A stretch of 64,000 nucleotides of DNA from Macrostomum lignano (lineage: Eukaryota), in the NCBI GenBank assembly GCA_002269645.1, contig NIVC01000068.1:372001-436000 (forward strand), in the 5' to 3' direction. The notes under the pieces are model-generated. The model was not told the origin of the DNA, did not search any database, and saw only the letters and a list, made by a program, of their open reading frames with translations. A program made the translations under genes and the position numbers. Of the stretch, positions 47,640 through 61,362 are shown in pieces (position 1 is the first letter of the stretch; each line of letters begins with the position of its first letter).

Positions 47640-48290
47640 GATATGGGAGAGGAGGGGAGAGAGGAGGGGAGAGAGGAGGGGAGAGAGGAGGGGAGAGAGG
47701 AGGGGAGAGAGGAGGGGAGAGAGGAGGGGAGAGAGGAGGGGAGAGAGGAGGGGAGAGAGGAGGGGAGAGAGGAGGGGAGAGAGGAGGGAGAGAGGAGGGG
47801 AGAGAGGAGGGGAGAGAGGAGGGGAGAGAGGAGGGAGAGAGGAGGGGAGAGAGGAGGGGAGAGAGGAGGGGAGAGAGGAGGGGAGAGAGGAGGGGAGAGA
47901 GGAGGGGAGAGAGGAGGGGAGAGAGGAGGGGAGAGAGGAGGGGAGAGAGGAGGGAAGAGAGGAGGGAAGAGAGGAGGGGAGAGAGGAGGGGAGAGAGGAG
48001 GGGAGAGAGGAGGGGAGAGAGGAGGGGAGAGAAGAGATGGGAGAGGAGGGGAGAGAGGAGGGAAGAGAGGAAAGGAGAGAGGAGGGAAGAGAGGAGGGGA
48101 GAGAGGAGGGGAGAGAGGAGGGGAGAGAGGAGGGGAGAGAGGAGGGGAGAGAGGAGGGAAGAGAGGAGGGGAGAGAGGAGATGGGAGAGGAGGGGAGAGA
48201 GGAGATGGGAGAGAGGAGGGAAGAGAGGAGGGGAGAGAGGAGGGGAGGGAGGAGAGGGTAGAAGGAAAAGAGCAGAGGGGAGATAAGGGG
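47640..48290. repeat. 12-bp polypurine repeat GAGGAGGGGAGA
   Basis: More than 50 copies; the ORFs over it are artefacts. Confidence 0.95.
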
Positions 48291-48683
48291 AGAGAAAAAA
48301 AGAGAAGAGAGCTGAGAAGAGACACAAACCTTGAGCAGGCCGGGTTGCTATTAAGAAGTTTCAAAGGACCCGAGGGCCGGAGTTCTCCGACCCCTGGTTT
48401 GCCCAAACCGAAAGCTGTGATTATGTTACTAGAGTTTTCCACTCCAGAATTTTCTAATCGTATTCCTTGACAAGTCCGATGAATGAGTTACTCTTAGCGA
48501 CGAGGTTGGCAAGCAAGCCTTTATCTCTGGATGTCTCTGCCTCTCTCTACCTTTTCTCGTTTTCCTCGATTCTGTGTCTCTCTTATCAAATTATAAATAA
48601 ACTATCCAGCAACACAATTGCCAGCGCCAGAACTCAAATGAGTAAACGCAGGAGAGCAAGGCAAGGGCTGAGTTTAGTTTGTC

Positions 48684-49046
48684 ATGACTGCAGTCACCTC
48701 AACGAGTCACCGCGAGCGGCACAGGCATCACGCGCACCGGCCGTTGCCGAAATTCGACGACTTAAAGCTCGGCTTGGCTACGAACAGAAGATTTTTTGCT
48801 CATCAGGGACTCAGGAGTCTGGGCAGCAGAGGCGACAGACTCGAAGCTTCGGCCGCTGTCGGGACTCGAAGCGCCGTAGTACAGAAGACTCGGCTGAACA
48901 AGCAGAAGGCGGAAGCAGATTTTGATGAAGATCGGGAGAAGAGGCGGTTTCTCTGTCTGAGCGGCAGGAGCAGCAGCCGATTCGTTGATGAGGAAGAGCT
49001 AGACAGGGGGCCGACGGAGAAGTCACGGGCTCGTCCGGTTCAAAAG
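48684..49046 (+). CDS. Unknown 4-exon gene, exon 1
   Basis: ATG at 48684; donor AAG|GTAACT, phase 0. Confidence 0.6.
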
Positions 49047-49087
49047 GTAACTTTCTGTTAGCTTTTTGTGACAAAGCTGAGTTGCTG

Positions 49088-49545
<458 letters not shown>

Positions 49546-50120
49546 GTCAGCAAACTGATTTTCCGTCCTGAGTAGACCTGCTCATTATCTTTCGGGCAGA
49601 TGGCTCAAAGATCCAGGCCCTATGGGATCTGGGGTGTCGGAGGGGATTCTTTTTAGCGTCCCAACGGGCACAGGTGCTGCTAAATACCGAGTATCCTTAA
49701 AGCCACTCCCCAGCGTGACGCGCTCGGCCTCCTGCTACCTAATGCTGCTCCAGCGTCCGAAATTCGACACCTTTATCCCCATCCCTTGGCCATGCTCTCG
49801 CATCCTCACCACTAATGCCGCTGCGTGTTGTTTTTTCGCATTTACTTCTATAGATTAGCGGCAGGTTTCTCTTAATTTTGGAAATATTTTTTGCTTTCGC
49901 TCTTGCCTGAGTCTTTGGTCTAAATATTGTTGTCTTTGCTGTTCATCTGATCTGCCTACAACTGATCGTTCATCTCCTCATTATCATCCATCTTATTCGC
50001 ATTATCTCTTTTATAATCTTTCAATTATATTATCAAATAATTTTTCTCATAAAATGATATCGAATTACATGATATCAAATTTACATGACATGAAATGAAA
50101 TCACATGACTTGATAGATTA

Positions 50121-50177
50121 CACCATCATCAACACCATCATCATCATCATCACCACCATCATCATCATCATGATCAC

Positions 50178-50213
<36 letters not shown>

Positions 50214-50755
50214 GATCATCACCATCATCATCATCTTCTTCTTCTTCTTCTTCTCCGTTTATCGCCTTGCGGCGTGGAGTGAACAGCGTCAGGCTTCACC
50301 GCAAGTGCGTTTGTGTCGCGCCATGTTTGTCGCCGATAACGTTCTTCCGCACTTGTTGCATTCTGCTGTCTTCCTTCGGTATTTTCTTGCTCTTCTCTTG
50401 TTCTCCTCCATCTCCGGTGGATTGTGGTGTTGTTCTTTACATGTCTTTCTGTGCCTCGCTAGGTTCGATTTTACGATTGTGCTTCCACATTGCTGACATT
50501 TTACTCTTGACGCATCTATTTCCGTCTCGCCTTGGCACACCTTCTCATGGTTCGCTAGGGTCGCTTCCTGTCGGAACTCCTTGTCGCATTTGTGGCATCT
50601 AAATTTCACCGGCTCTTTAAACACGCGATGCATTTTCTTTTGGTGGATGGTTAGTCCGCCCTTGCTTTTACACACTTTGCCGCAGAGTTCGTCATCATCA
50701 TCATCATCATGATCATCACCATCATCATCATCATCATCATCATCATCACCATCAC

Positions 50756-50787
<32 letters not shown>

Positions 50788-50810
50788 CCATCATCACCAT
50801 CACCATCATC

Positions 50811-50842
<32 letters not shown>

Positions 50843-50902
50843 CACCATCATCATCATGATCATCATCATCATGATCATCATCATCACCATCACCATCATC
50901 AC

Positions 50903-50935
<33 letters not shown>

Positions 50936-50980
50936 GATCACCATGATCACCATCACCATCATCACCATCATCATGATCAC

Positions 50981-51013
<33 letters not shown>

Positions 51014-51023
51014 CACCAACACC

Positions 51024-51060
<37 letters not shown>

Positions 51061-51061
51061 C

Positions 51062-51103
<42 letters not shown>

Positions 51104-51115
51104 GATCTCCATCAC

Positions 51116-51154
<39 letters not shown>

Positions 51155-51192
51155 GATCTCCATCACCATCATCATCATGATGATCACCATCA
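50121..51192. repeat. (CAT)n microsatellite interrupted by an insertion at 50235-50692
   Basis: Imperfect CAT/CAC/GAT trinucleotide tracts on both sides of a unique segment. Confidence 0.95.
50235..50692 (-). mobile_element. 3' fragment of a zinc-finger-tailed non-LTR retrotransposon (RTE-like)
   Basis: Minus strand ELCGKVCKSKGGLTIHQKKMH (C2H2) plus three C2HC fingers, a stop, a ~36-nt UTR and a (GAA)6 tail merging into (GAT)n. Confidence 0.6.
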
Positions 51193-51215
51193 TGTGCCCC
51201 GCCTCCTCCTCACAG

Positions 51216-51686
51216 CAGCCGTCTCCGCCGCATCTTGTTAAGCTGTTCTCCTCGCTGCAGCGGCCAGTAGAAGTCTCCGTAGACCTCCGCCGCAGTCTCC
51301 TAGCCTTCGAAGGCAGCGGCCTGCTGCTGCAGAGCTACTGGCTGCCCGAGACCAATCCCCTTGGCAACCGGACAAAGGCCGACAAAGATCAAAGCGCTCC
51401 AATTTATCGAAGCCGCGACATTGCCCAGCTGACTGGCCGTGGAGGCAAAGACTGCGGCTCCGTCCGCTGCACCAGCGGCTGCGTCATTTCCGACAGCGTT
51501 GACGGCGCTTCTGTCCGGGTTGGCCAGAACGGCCGAAGCCTCAATTTGAAGGCTGCATGGGCCGATACGCCCGAGTTGAGAGCGCAGAGGCGGCTGAGCT
51601 ACCACTCGGCCAGGCTGTCCAGTCAGCCAGCGGAGTCTGGAGTGCACCTGTCCTGGGCAGCTCAACTCCGGGATCCGGCGGTCAAG
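51216..51686 (+). CDS. Unknown 4-exon gene, exon 2
   Basis: NAGNAG acceptor CACAG|CAG|CCG; donor AAG|GTTCGT; phase 0/0. Confidence 0.65.
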
Positions 51687-51774
51687 GTTCGTGTCCTTTT
51701 TTAGATTCTAAGAATCAAAAATCAGGTTTCGGATTTCCCTTATCTGTCATCATTTCCGGGTCTCAATTCTCTAA

Positions 51775-52060
51775 GACTACCGACTACCGGTTAACGGTTC
51801 TTAATGACTTCCGGTTACTTCCGGAACCGACAAAGGTTTTTTATGGCTTCCGGTTACTGGTTCTTGATGACTTCCGGTTACTGGTTTTTAATGACTTCCG
51901 GTTACTGGTTCTTGATGGCTTCCGGTTACTGGTTTTTAATGACTTCCGGTTACTCTGACTTCCGGTTACTCTGACTTCCGGTTACTCTGACTTCCGGTTT
52001 CTTATATCTCCATTCACTTCCGGTTTCTGATTGCTTCCGGCGTCTGATGGCTTCTGGTTT
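51775..52060. repeat. Degenerate array built on GACTTCCGGTTACT
   Basis: About a dozen CTTCCGG cores in 16-24-bp units. Confidence 0.85.
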
Positions 52061-52074
52061 CTCTCAATTTTTAG

Positions 52075-52604
52075 ATTCTGGAAATTTCGACTCAAAAGTC
52101 TGCAACAAACCAAGAAAGCGACGAAACTAAACAACGCCAACAGCAGCAACAGCAAGAAGAAGCAAGTCTTGCAGAAACTGAAGCCGAAGAAGTTCTAGCA
52201 AAAGTTCGTGCAGCCTCTGGCACCGCGCGTTCACCTTTGAAAGCGTCCGCAGTGTTTCACGCAAAACGATTCTCAAGGTCGTTGGAAAACCGTTTCCTAA
52301 GTGTTGAGGGTCGTCAGGCCAGGCTGCCCATGAGTCTGCGCGACCTCCTGCTGATTCTGCAGCAGCAGGAGCAGCAGCAGCAGCAACAGGAGCAGCAGCA
52401 GCAACTACAAAAGCAATTGTTGCCGAAACTACAAAAGCGCCAAGGTAAACAGCCGGAAGCTGCTCACAGCAGCGGCCCAGAGCCAGTCTCGCAGGAGCAA
52501 CAACAGGAAGAGCCCGAGCAGAAGCAGATTCCACTGCAGCAGACAGTGAAGCAAAGCAGTCCGAGAAGAAAGCAGAAACCGACTGGCAAAATTGCTACGG
52601 GCAG
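52075..52604 (+). CDS. Unknown 4-exon gene, exon 3 (Gln/Glu-rich)
   Basis: TTTTTAG|ATT; open frame ILEISTQKS...QQQ...TGR; donor AG|GTGAGA, phase 2. Confidence 0.7.
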
Positions 52605-52639
52605 GTGAGATATTTGATGAACTCTTTCCTGACTTTATC

Positions 52640-53150
52640 CTGATCTCCATCTATCCCAATCTCCATCTAATCCCAATCTCTATCTATCCTGATCTCTATC
52701 TATCCCAATATCTATTTATCCCTATCTCTATATATCCTAATCTCTATCTATCCCAATCTCTATCTGTCCCGATCTCTGTCTATCCCAATCTCTATCTATC
52801 CCGATCTCTGTCTATCCCAATCTTTATCTATCCCGATCTCTGTCTATCCCAATCTTTATCTATCCCGATCTCTGTCTATCCCAATCTCTATCTATCCCGA
52901 TCTCTGTCTATCTCAATCTCTATCTATCCCGATCAACATCTATCCCAATCTCTATCTATCCTGATCTCCATCTATCCCAATCTCTATCTAATCCCAATCT
53001 CTATCTATCCCAATATCTATCTATCCCAATCTCTATCTATCCCAATATCTATCTATCCCAATCTCTATCTATCCCAATATCTATCTATCCCAATCTCTAT
53101 CTATCCCAATATCTATCTATCCTAATCTCTATCTATCCCAATCTTTAATG
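52640..53150. repeat. 16-bp minisatellite CTATCTATCCCAATCT
   Basis: Tandem copies start just after the donor. Confidence 0.9.
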
Positions 53151-53559
53151 ATCTAACTATTAATCAGTATCCGGTATCCGATGCCCGTTGTGTGTCAATG
53201 CTGTTTATTTCTCATGGTACAATTTTGTAGACTTTGCTCCAGTCTCAGCCAATAGCATCGAATAATTTATGTAAAAAACAGCCCTACGTTCGTGAAGAAA
53301 TGAGCACCCCAGACCAGGCTCGATTCCTCTAATAGGGTGATGCATTTGTCCTCGTGAGGGGAATATGCTTAGGGCTCTTAAGGCTGGTGTTGCATCTCTA
53401 AGCCACAATTAGTGCTCTTGCTTCGATTAGGGGACTTGCATTGATTTATGTATGAATTATAAATGAGCGCTAATGACCATAATTCTGAGTGGGAGAGAGG
53501 TCTTAAAAATACTTGATATTACATTAGTCAATTATATCAGTTATGTAGATGTAGATAGC

Positions 53560-54340
53560 CAGATCTAACAGGTTGACAGTCAGATCTAACAGGTTGACAG
53601 TCAAATCTAACAGGTTGACAGTCAAATCTAACAGGTTGACAGTCAAATCTAACAAGTTAACAGTCAAATCTAGCAGGTTGACAGTCAAATCTAACAGGTT
53701 GACAGTCAAATCTAACAGGTTGACAGTCAGATCTAACAGGTTGACAGCCAAATCTAACAGGTTGACAGTCAGATCTAACAGGTTGGCAGTCAAATCTAAC
53801 AGGTTGACAGTCAAATCTAACAGGTTGACAGTCAGATCTAGCAGGTTGACAGTCAAATCTAACAGGTTGACAGTCAAATCTAACAGGTTGAAAGCCAGAT
53901 CTAACAGGTTGACAGTCAGATCTAACAGGTTGACAGTCAGATCTAGCAGGTTGACAGTCAAATCTAACAGGTTGACAGTCAAATCTAACAGGTTGAAAGC
54001 CAGATCTAACAGGTTGACAGTCAAATCTAACAGGTTGACAGCCAGATCTAACAGGTTGACAGTCAGATCTAACAGGTTGACAGTCAGATCTAACAGGTTG
54101 ACAGTCAAATCTAGCAGGTTGACAGTCAAATCTAACAGGTTGACAGCCAGATCTAACAGGTTGACAGTCAGATCTAACAGGTTGACAGTCAGATCTAACA
54201 GGTTGACAGTCAAATCTAGCAGGTTGACAGTCAAATCTAACAGGTTGACAGCCAGATCTAACAGGTTGACAGTCAGATCTAACAGGTTGACAGTCAGATC
54301 TAACAGGTTGACAGTCAAATCTAGCAGGTTGACAGTCAGA
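53560..54340. repeat. 21-bp minisatellite TCAAATCTAACAGGTTGACAG
   Basis: About 37 copies. Confidence 0.95.
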
Positions 54341-54398
54341 CATATCACAGAATTCATCATCACACATCTCACAGAATCCATCATCACACATCCCACAG

Positions 54399-54864
54399 AT
54401 CTGTGTCAAAATCAGCCACAGCCAAAGTCGGCTCGAACCCCGGTTCCTCCAGCTCGACTTTCGCTGTGGCGCCGATCGTCACTCCGCTGTCGAGTCGAAG
54501 GGGGGCCGCCGCACCCTCTGGCCTGCAGGTGCAGGGCGATTCAGGCAAGCAAGCCGAGTACAATGCCGAACCCATCGACGACCGTCCAGACCCGCGACAG
54601 GCGTCGAATCCGTTACCATCGACGCCGAAAGAGGCGGAGGCGGAAGCGGACAATCTTGACATCGACAGCGGCAGCAATGTGAATGTCCTCCGCGTGCCGG
54701 TTATGCCGTCGGAGCCCGGAGAAGCCGACGATCGGGACGATGTCGCAATCGAAGAGGAAGAGGAGGAGGCGGCTGCTCAGGATGATGACGCTCCAGTGAA
54801 TCTGTCTCGTGTGTCGCTGACGTCCACTCGCGTCACTGAGCGGCAGTTTGATGAGGATGACTGA
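54399..54864 (+). CDS. Unknown 4-exon gene, exon 4 (acidic, disordered C-terminus)
   Basis: CCCACAG|A completes a phase-2 Arg codon; ends FDEDD*. The four exons total 1830 nt (609 aa plus stop). Confidence 0.7.
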
Positions 54865-54971
54865 GCAGCACTTGGAGCTTTAGAGCTCTTGGCTTGCGGT
54901 GTACAGTAGAAGTATCAGTTTATTGACTTTTAACTACAATGTACTTATAGTATTATGTCACAATATACCTG

Positions 54972-55688
<717 letters not shown>

Positions 55689-56261
55689 ATCAGACGCGTA
55701 ATTTGCAGTGTACATATATTGTGACGAAATACTTCGAAGGCACTACTTTGTTAAGTAGAAAAATTCAGATTTTTTGTTATTAAACAATTGAAAGTAAAAT
55801 TCCATTTGTTTATGTTAAAAATTGAACTGACTGCTTTGCTCTCTCGAACTCTCGTGCGCTAATTAAACTTAAAAGCCTGAGAAATATAAAATTCATAATC
55901 TGAAACCATCCGACAAAACGACAGATGCAGTTAGCAACTGGCTACTGTTCATCTCGTCACTTTTGACAGCTTGAAAAATTTATTCAAATCATTTACTTTA
56001 AGCAGGCTACAAAATGATTAGCTTCTTAAAGTTCGTGAAAAAATATTTAGGCATTTGGCTAAAGTGATTGCGTGCCCTAATGATGCTAATGATGGATGAC
56101 CTGTAAAAGGCAGGATTATATTAAGAAGATAAAAAGTTTACTCCAGCCTCAATACTAATTGAAGTTTTTATCACTTAATTATAACTATATATACTGTATT
56201 ATACTTCGTATTCTTATCGTATGCATCACAAACGCAATTTAACACACTAAACATAGACACC

Positions 56262-57258
56262 CTGGCACTCTACTAGACACCCTGGCACTCTGCTAAACAC
56301 CATATGGCACTCTACTAGACACCCTGGCACTCTACTAAACACCATATGGCACTCTACTAGACACCTGGACACTCTACTAGACACCTGGGCACTCTACTAA
56401 ACACCATATGGCACTCTACTAGACACCTGGACACTCTACTAGACACCCTGGCACTCTACTAAACACCATATGGCACTCTACTAGACACCTGGACACTCTA
56501 CTAGACACCCTGGCACTCTACTAAACACCATATGGCACTCTACTAGACACCTGGACACTCTACTAGACACCCTGGCACTCTACTAAACACCATATGGCAC
56601 TCTACTAGACACCTGGACACTCTACTAGACACCCTGGGCACTCTACTAGACACCTGCGCACTCTACTAGACACCTGGGTACTCTACTAGACACCTGGGTA
56701 CTTTACTAGACACCTGGGTAGTCTACTAGACACCTGGGCACTCTACTAGACACCTGGGCACTCTACTAGACACCTGGGTACTCTACGAGACACCCTGGGT
56801 AGTCTACTAGACACCTGGGTACTTTACTAGACACCTGGGTACTCTACTAGACACCTTGGGTACTCTACTAGACACCTTGGTACTCTACTAGACACTTGAG
56901 CACTCTACTAGACACCTGGGTACTTTACTAGACACCTGGGTAGTCTACTAGACACCTGGGCACTCTACTAGACACCTGGGCACTCTACTAGACACCTGGG
57001 TACTCTACGAGACACCCTGGGTAGTCTACTAGACACCTGGGTACTTTACTAGACACCTGGGTACTCTACTAGACACCTTGGGTACTCTACTAGACACCTT
57101 GGTACTCTACTAGACACTTGAGCACTCTACTAGACACCCTGGGACTCTACTAGACACCTGGGCACTCTACTAGACACCTGGGACTCTACTAGACACCTGG
57201 GCACTCTACTAGACACCTGGGCACTCTAGTAGACACCTGGGCACTCTACTAGACACTT
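56262..57258. repeat. ~20-bp minisatellite CTCTACTAGACACCTGGGCA, block 1
   Basis: Tandem copies. Confidence 0.95.
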
Positions 57259-57719
57259 TCTTAATGCTGTCGATGTCACACAAAGGATATTTGAGGAAAA
57301 TCGCAATCATTTTTAACAATAATGCTGAGTTTATTGTTGCCTGACAGAGTCGCTTCTAACCAACTTATAAAAATAGAAGTTAATCTCCGCTACAATGAGT
57401 GTCACAGGGCTGCCAATGAGGGTCGTGCTATCAAAATGGCTTACTGGTTCACTGCTTATCTCGACAGCCAATCACAGTTGATCTTCATCATTAAGAGAGC
57501 TCTCAGCCTCATCTAAATTTCACCCCTTAACTCAGCAATTAAGGCAAGAAATTTACGAAGATATTGAAACTGAAAACGAAAAAAATTGAAATCTCTTAAA
57601 TTTAAAATGGCGACAAGCCTCTTGGACAGCCTGTAAGTTCGTGACCTTTCCTGTGCTAACTGGCTTTAGATTTTTTAGCATTGAAAGAAATTTGAAACGA
57701 TTATCACTCATCAGACACC

Positions 57720-58400
57720 CTCTACTACTCTACTAGACTCCTAGAGGGACTCTACTAGACACCTTGGGACTCTACTTTTAACACTCTGGGAGTCTACTTT
57801 TGACACCCTGGGTGTCTACTAGACACCCTGGCACTCTACTAGACATCCAGGTACTCTACTAGACAACCCTGGAGCTCTACTAGACACCCTGGTACTCTAC
57901 TAGACACCCTGACACTTTACTAGACACCCTGACACTCTACTAGACACCCTGGCACTCTACTAGACACCCTGACACTCTACTAGACATCCAGGTATTTTAC
58001 TAGACATCCAGATACTCTACTAGACACCTGGGCCCTCTACTAGACACCTAAGCACTCTACTAAACACCATATGGCACTCTACTAGACACCTGGGCACTCT
58101 ACTAGACATCCAGGTACTCTACTTGACAACCCTGTAGCTCTACTAGACACCCTGGTACTCTACTAGACACCCTGACACTTTACTAGACACCCTGGCACTC
58201 TACTAGACACCTGGGCACTCTACTAGACACCCTGGCACTCTACTAGACATCCAGGTACTCTACTAGACATTCAGTTACTCTACTTGACAACCCTGTAGCT
58301 CTACTAGACACCCTGGTACTCTACTAGACACCCTGGCACTCTGTTAGACACATTGGCACTCTACTTAGACACCATGGCAGTCTACTAGACTCTCTGACAC
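57720..58400. repeat. ~20-bp minisatellite CTCTACTAGACACCCTGGCA, block 2
   Basis: Same family as block 1, separated by about 460 bp of unique sequence. Confidence 0.9.
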
Positions 58401-58433
58401 TCTACTAGTCTGCCTTCCGTCGGGTGTTTTCAG

Positions 58434-59154
58434 GAACCCAGCCGAGTGGTTCTGCTGCCATTGGTCGTTGGCACTGTTCCACAACACCAGCAGACGCGTG
58501 CTGAAACCGAATGCAGAGCGGTCAATAACACAGGCCGAATACCTGGATGAGATCATCATCAGATTGACAGCACTGAAGGCCGATCAGCGCAATGACTCGA
58601 ATGAACCAGTCGGACCTTGCATCTCACCCGACGGTGGTGGCATCCTTGTGGATTTAATTAAGCATTGCTTCGACTCCTTCGAGGCTCTGATGCCTATCAG
58701 CTGGCAAAACCGGCCCGGAGCAGTCATTGCCGCCACATTTTTGCTGCTCCTAGCAGCCGGTTTCCTGGCTAATTTGCTGGTCTGTTGCACAATCTGTCTC
58801 TCAAACAGTTTGAGAACTAAGAAAAATGCTTTCATGCTTAATCTGGCCATCGCCGACATCCTGGTCCTGACCGTGTGCGCTCCCTACTCAATCAAGCTGA
58901 TTCTAGTCAACGACTGGGACTGGGACTCCATGCTGTGCAAAGTGGTCCCGTTCGTACAGGGCAGTCTCCTGTCTGTCAGCATCTGGTCGCAGGCCTCCGT
59001 GGCTCTCTACAGGTACATGGTAGTCTGCCATCCAATCAGTGCCAGGTCTGTGGTGACGGCCAGACGGACAGCTGTTTGGATTGCCTGCGTCTGGCTGCTG
59101 TCAGCGGCTGTGTGCTCGCCCAATATCGTCACGCATAAGTACACCTCTCAGGTG
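58434..59154 (+). CDS. Neuropeptide-receptor-like class A GPCR, exon encoding N-terminus to TM4
   Basis: GFLANLLV (TM1), NAFMLNLAIADILV (TM2), LCKVVPFVQ...VALYRY (TM3), VWLLSAAVCSP (TM4); putative acceptor TTTCAG at 58433; donor GTG|GTGAGT. Confidence 0.85.
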
Positions 59155-59249
59155 GTGAGTTATTGAGATTCTTTGTTTCTGTTGTGCAGAGTCTTTGTGA
59201 TGCATTGAGGACCCCGGGGCATTGAGGACCCATTGGTAAGGCCAGCGGT

Positions 59250-59850
59250 ACCTATCTCATTGAGGACCCTGTGGAGGGGGGTCAGCAGCACCTATAGCTC
59301 ATTGAGGACCCTGTGGAGGGGGGTCAGCAGCACCTATAGCTCATTGAGGACCCTGTGGAGGGGGGTCAGCAGCACCTATAGCTCATTGAGGACCCTTTGG
59401 AGGGGGGTCAGCAGCACCTATAGCTCATTGAGGACCCTTTGGAGGGGGGTCAGCAGCACCTATAGCTCATTGAGGACCCTTTGGAGGGGGGTCAGCAGCA
59501 CCTATAGCTCATTGAGGACCCTGTGGAGGGGGGTCAGCAGCACCTATAGCTCATTGAGGACCCTTTGGAGGGGGGGGTCAGCAGCACCTATAGCTCATTG
59601 AGGACCCTTTGGAGGGGGGTCAGCAGCACCTATAGCTCATTGAGGACCCTGTGGAGGGGGGTCAGCAGCACCTATAGCTCATTGAGGACCCTTTGGAGGG
59701 GGGGGTCAGCAGCACCTATAGCTCATTGAGGACCCTTTGGAGGGGGGTCAGCAGCACCTATAGCTCATAGAGGACCCTTTGGAGGGGGTCAGCAGCACCT
59801 ATAGCTCATTGAGGACCCTTTGGAGGGGGTCAGCAGCACCTATAGCTCAT
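59250..59850. repeat. 42-bp minisatellite CTCATTGAGGACCCTGTGGAGGGGGGTCAGCAGCACCTATAG (GPCR intron)
   Basis: About 14 copies with G-run length variation. Confidence 0.95.
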
Positions 59851-60539
59851 TGAGAAACATTTTGTCATGGCAGCGGCACCTCATTGAAGCACAGGAAAAG
59901 GGTAGCAAGTTAGTGATCTTTATCAAAAATACATTTAACACAATTCGTTGCATCGCAAAAGATTCTTGCAGTTGTTATCACACAAAAGGAAGCAGCAATT
60001 TGATACTTGAAGACGTCAAGAAAAGCAGGCGAAAGAAAGCGCGATTTTAGCATCTGATTTGTATGCCGCCTCGAAGTCGAAGATGCAGCCTCGCGGTCAC
60101 GTGTGTGACCAAATTTTTAATTAGTACTTTACTTAAACAAGTTTGACCCTGCCCAAATAGCTAAATGTCGTAAATGTGGCATAGTAATTATCGAGGCGTT
60201 TTAGCTGTTTGTCCATTTTCTTTTGACGGCTTTAGTACTTAGTATATAAGATGCCCTCCTTTCTTGTGCAGTCGGAATTCGTTGCCAAAAAGCCAGACAA
60301 AGTTATAAAGAGCTTAACACAATTACCGGTAGAGAGAGTGGCTAAGTGAATTGAATGAATCGTTTTTGTCTTTGGAGATGTGGAATTAGTGTTAGATGCC
60401 AAATCTTTAGCGAAATATGCTCGTAATTAGCGAAATATATTGACGTGGTGAAGAAGCACAAAGAATTCCAGGGGCAACTAGGAGAGAAGAGTTAACAGGG
60501 GAAGAACAAATGTACATTTGATAAGGCAATGTGCAGGGA

Positions 60540-60980
60540 AGATAAGCGCGGTCAAGGCGGGAGTGAATGGGGAAGGACCACTGTACATTCGTTGAGGCCA
60601 CGGGGGAGAGAGAGAATCGTGATTGGTCAAAGCGGGAGTGAACGGGGAATCACCAATGTACATTCTTTGAGGGAACGGGAGGGGGAGAGAATCGTGGTCG
60701 GTCAAGGCGGGAGTGAACAGAGAAGGACCACTGTACATTCGTTGAGGTTGCCTCAACGAATGTACAGTGGTTCGCCTATGGTGGCCCACGGAGCTACAAA
60801 AAAAGAGTTGCATATCAAAGAGGGTCCTCAGCAGCACTGGGGGAGAAAGAGAGAATCGTGGTCGGTCAAGGCGGGAGTGAACGTGGAATGACCTATGTAC
60901 ATTCTTTGGGGCAACGGGGGGAGAGCGATAGAATCGTGGTCGGTCAAGGCGGGAGTGAACGTGGAATGACCAATGTACAT
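60540..60980. repeat. Degenerate ~70-bp tandem repeat (GAGAATCGTGGTCGGTCAAGGCGGGAGTGAACG...TGTACATTC)
   Basis: About 5 diverged copies in the GPCR intron. Confidence 0.8.
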
Positions 60981-61025
60981 TCTTCGTGCGGTTCTAAACT
61001 AATAAAAAACTCTCCAACCCCGCAG

Positions 61026-61340
61026 ATTTTGGGCCTATTTGTGATCCGATCATGCAGCGAAGACTCTAACACGGGTCTGAAAGTTAGCCTCACTGTGTTC
61101 CTGTTAGTCTGCCTGTACGTCGTGCCAGCGATCCTGATCGCCACATTCTGCGCCCTGACTATTCGCTCACTGCGTAATTCGTTGCAATTCTTAGCCGGAA
61201 ATTCTACGCAGGTCGTTCGCCAGGGTAGGCGTTTGCAGACGGCCCGCCTGTTCGTAGCCATGCTGTCAGCCTTCATCATCTGTTGGGGCCCGTACAACAG
61301 CTTGACGCTGTGGCTGCACGTCTGGCACCAGCGGGACGAC
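61026..61340 (+). CDS. Neuropeptide-receptor-like GPCR, exon encoding ECL2 to TM6
   Basis: CCCCGCAG|ATT in phase 0; ECL2 Cys, LYVVPAILI (TM5), TARLFVAMLSAFIICWGPY (TM6); 3' boundary uncertain. Confidence 0.8.
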
Positions 61341-61362
61341 GTTGGCACCAGCGGGACGACCC

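Noticed and set aside
47456-48470. Pro/Ser/Leu-rich and Glu/Gly/Arg-rich ORFs of about 300 aa
   Set aside because: Products of the 12-bp polypurine repeat.
50651-51193. 180-aa poly-Met ORF and the poly-Ile start of ORF 50709
   Set aside because: Translations of the (CAT)n tract; the real exon starts at 51216.
53524-54409. Periodic ORFs (LDLTVNL, RFDCQPV, NRLTVKS), and similar ones over the 30-, 42- and 27-bp arrays
   Set aside because: The unit length is a multiple of 3, so open frames are expected; the arrays lie inside introns defined by splice sites.
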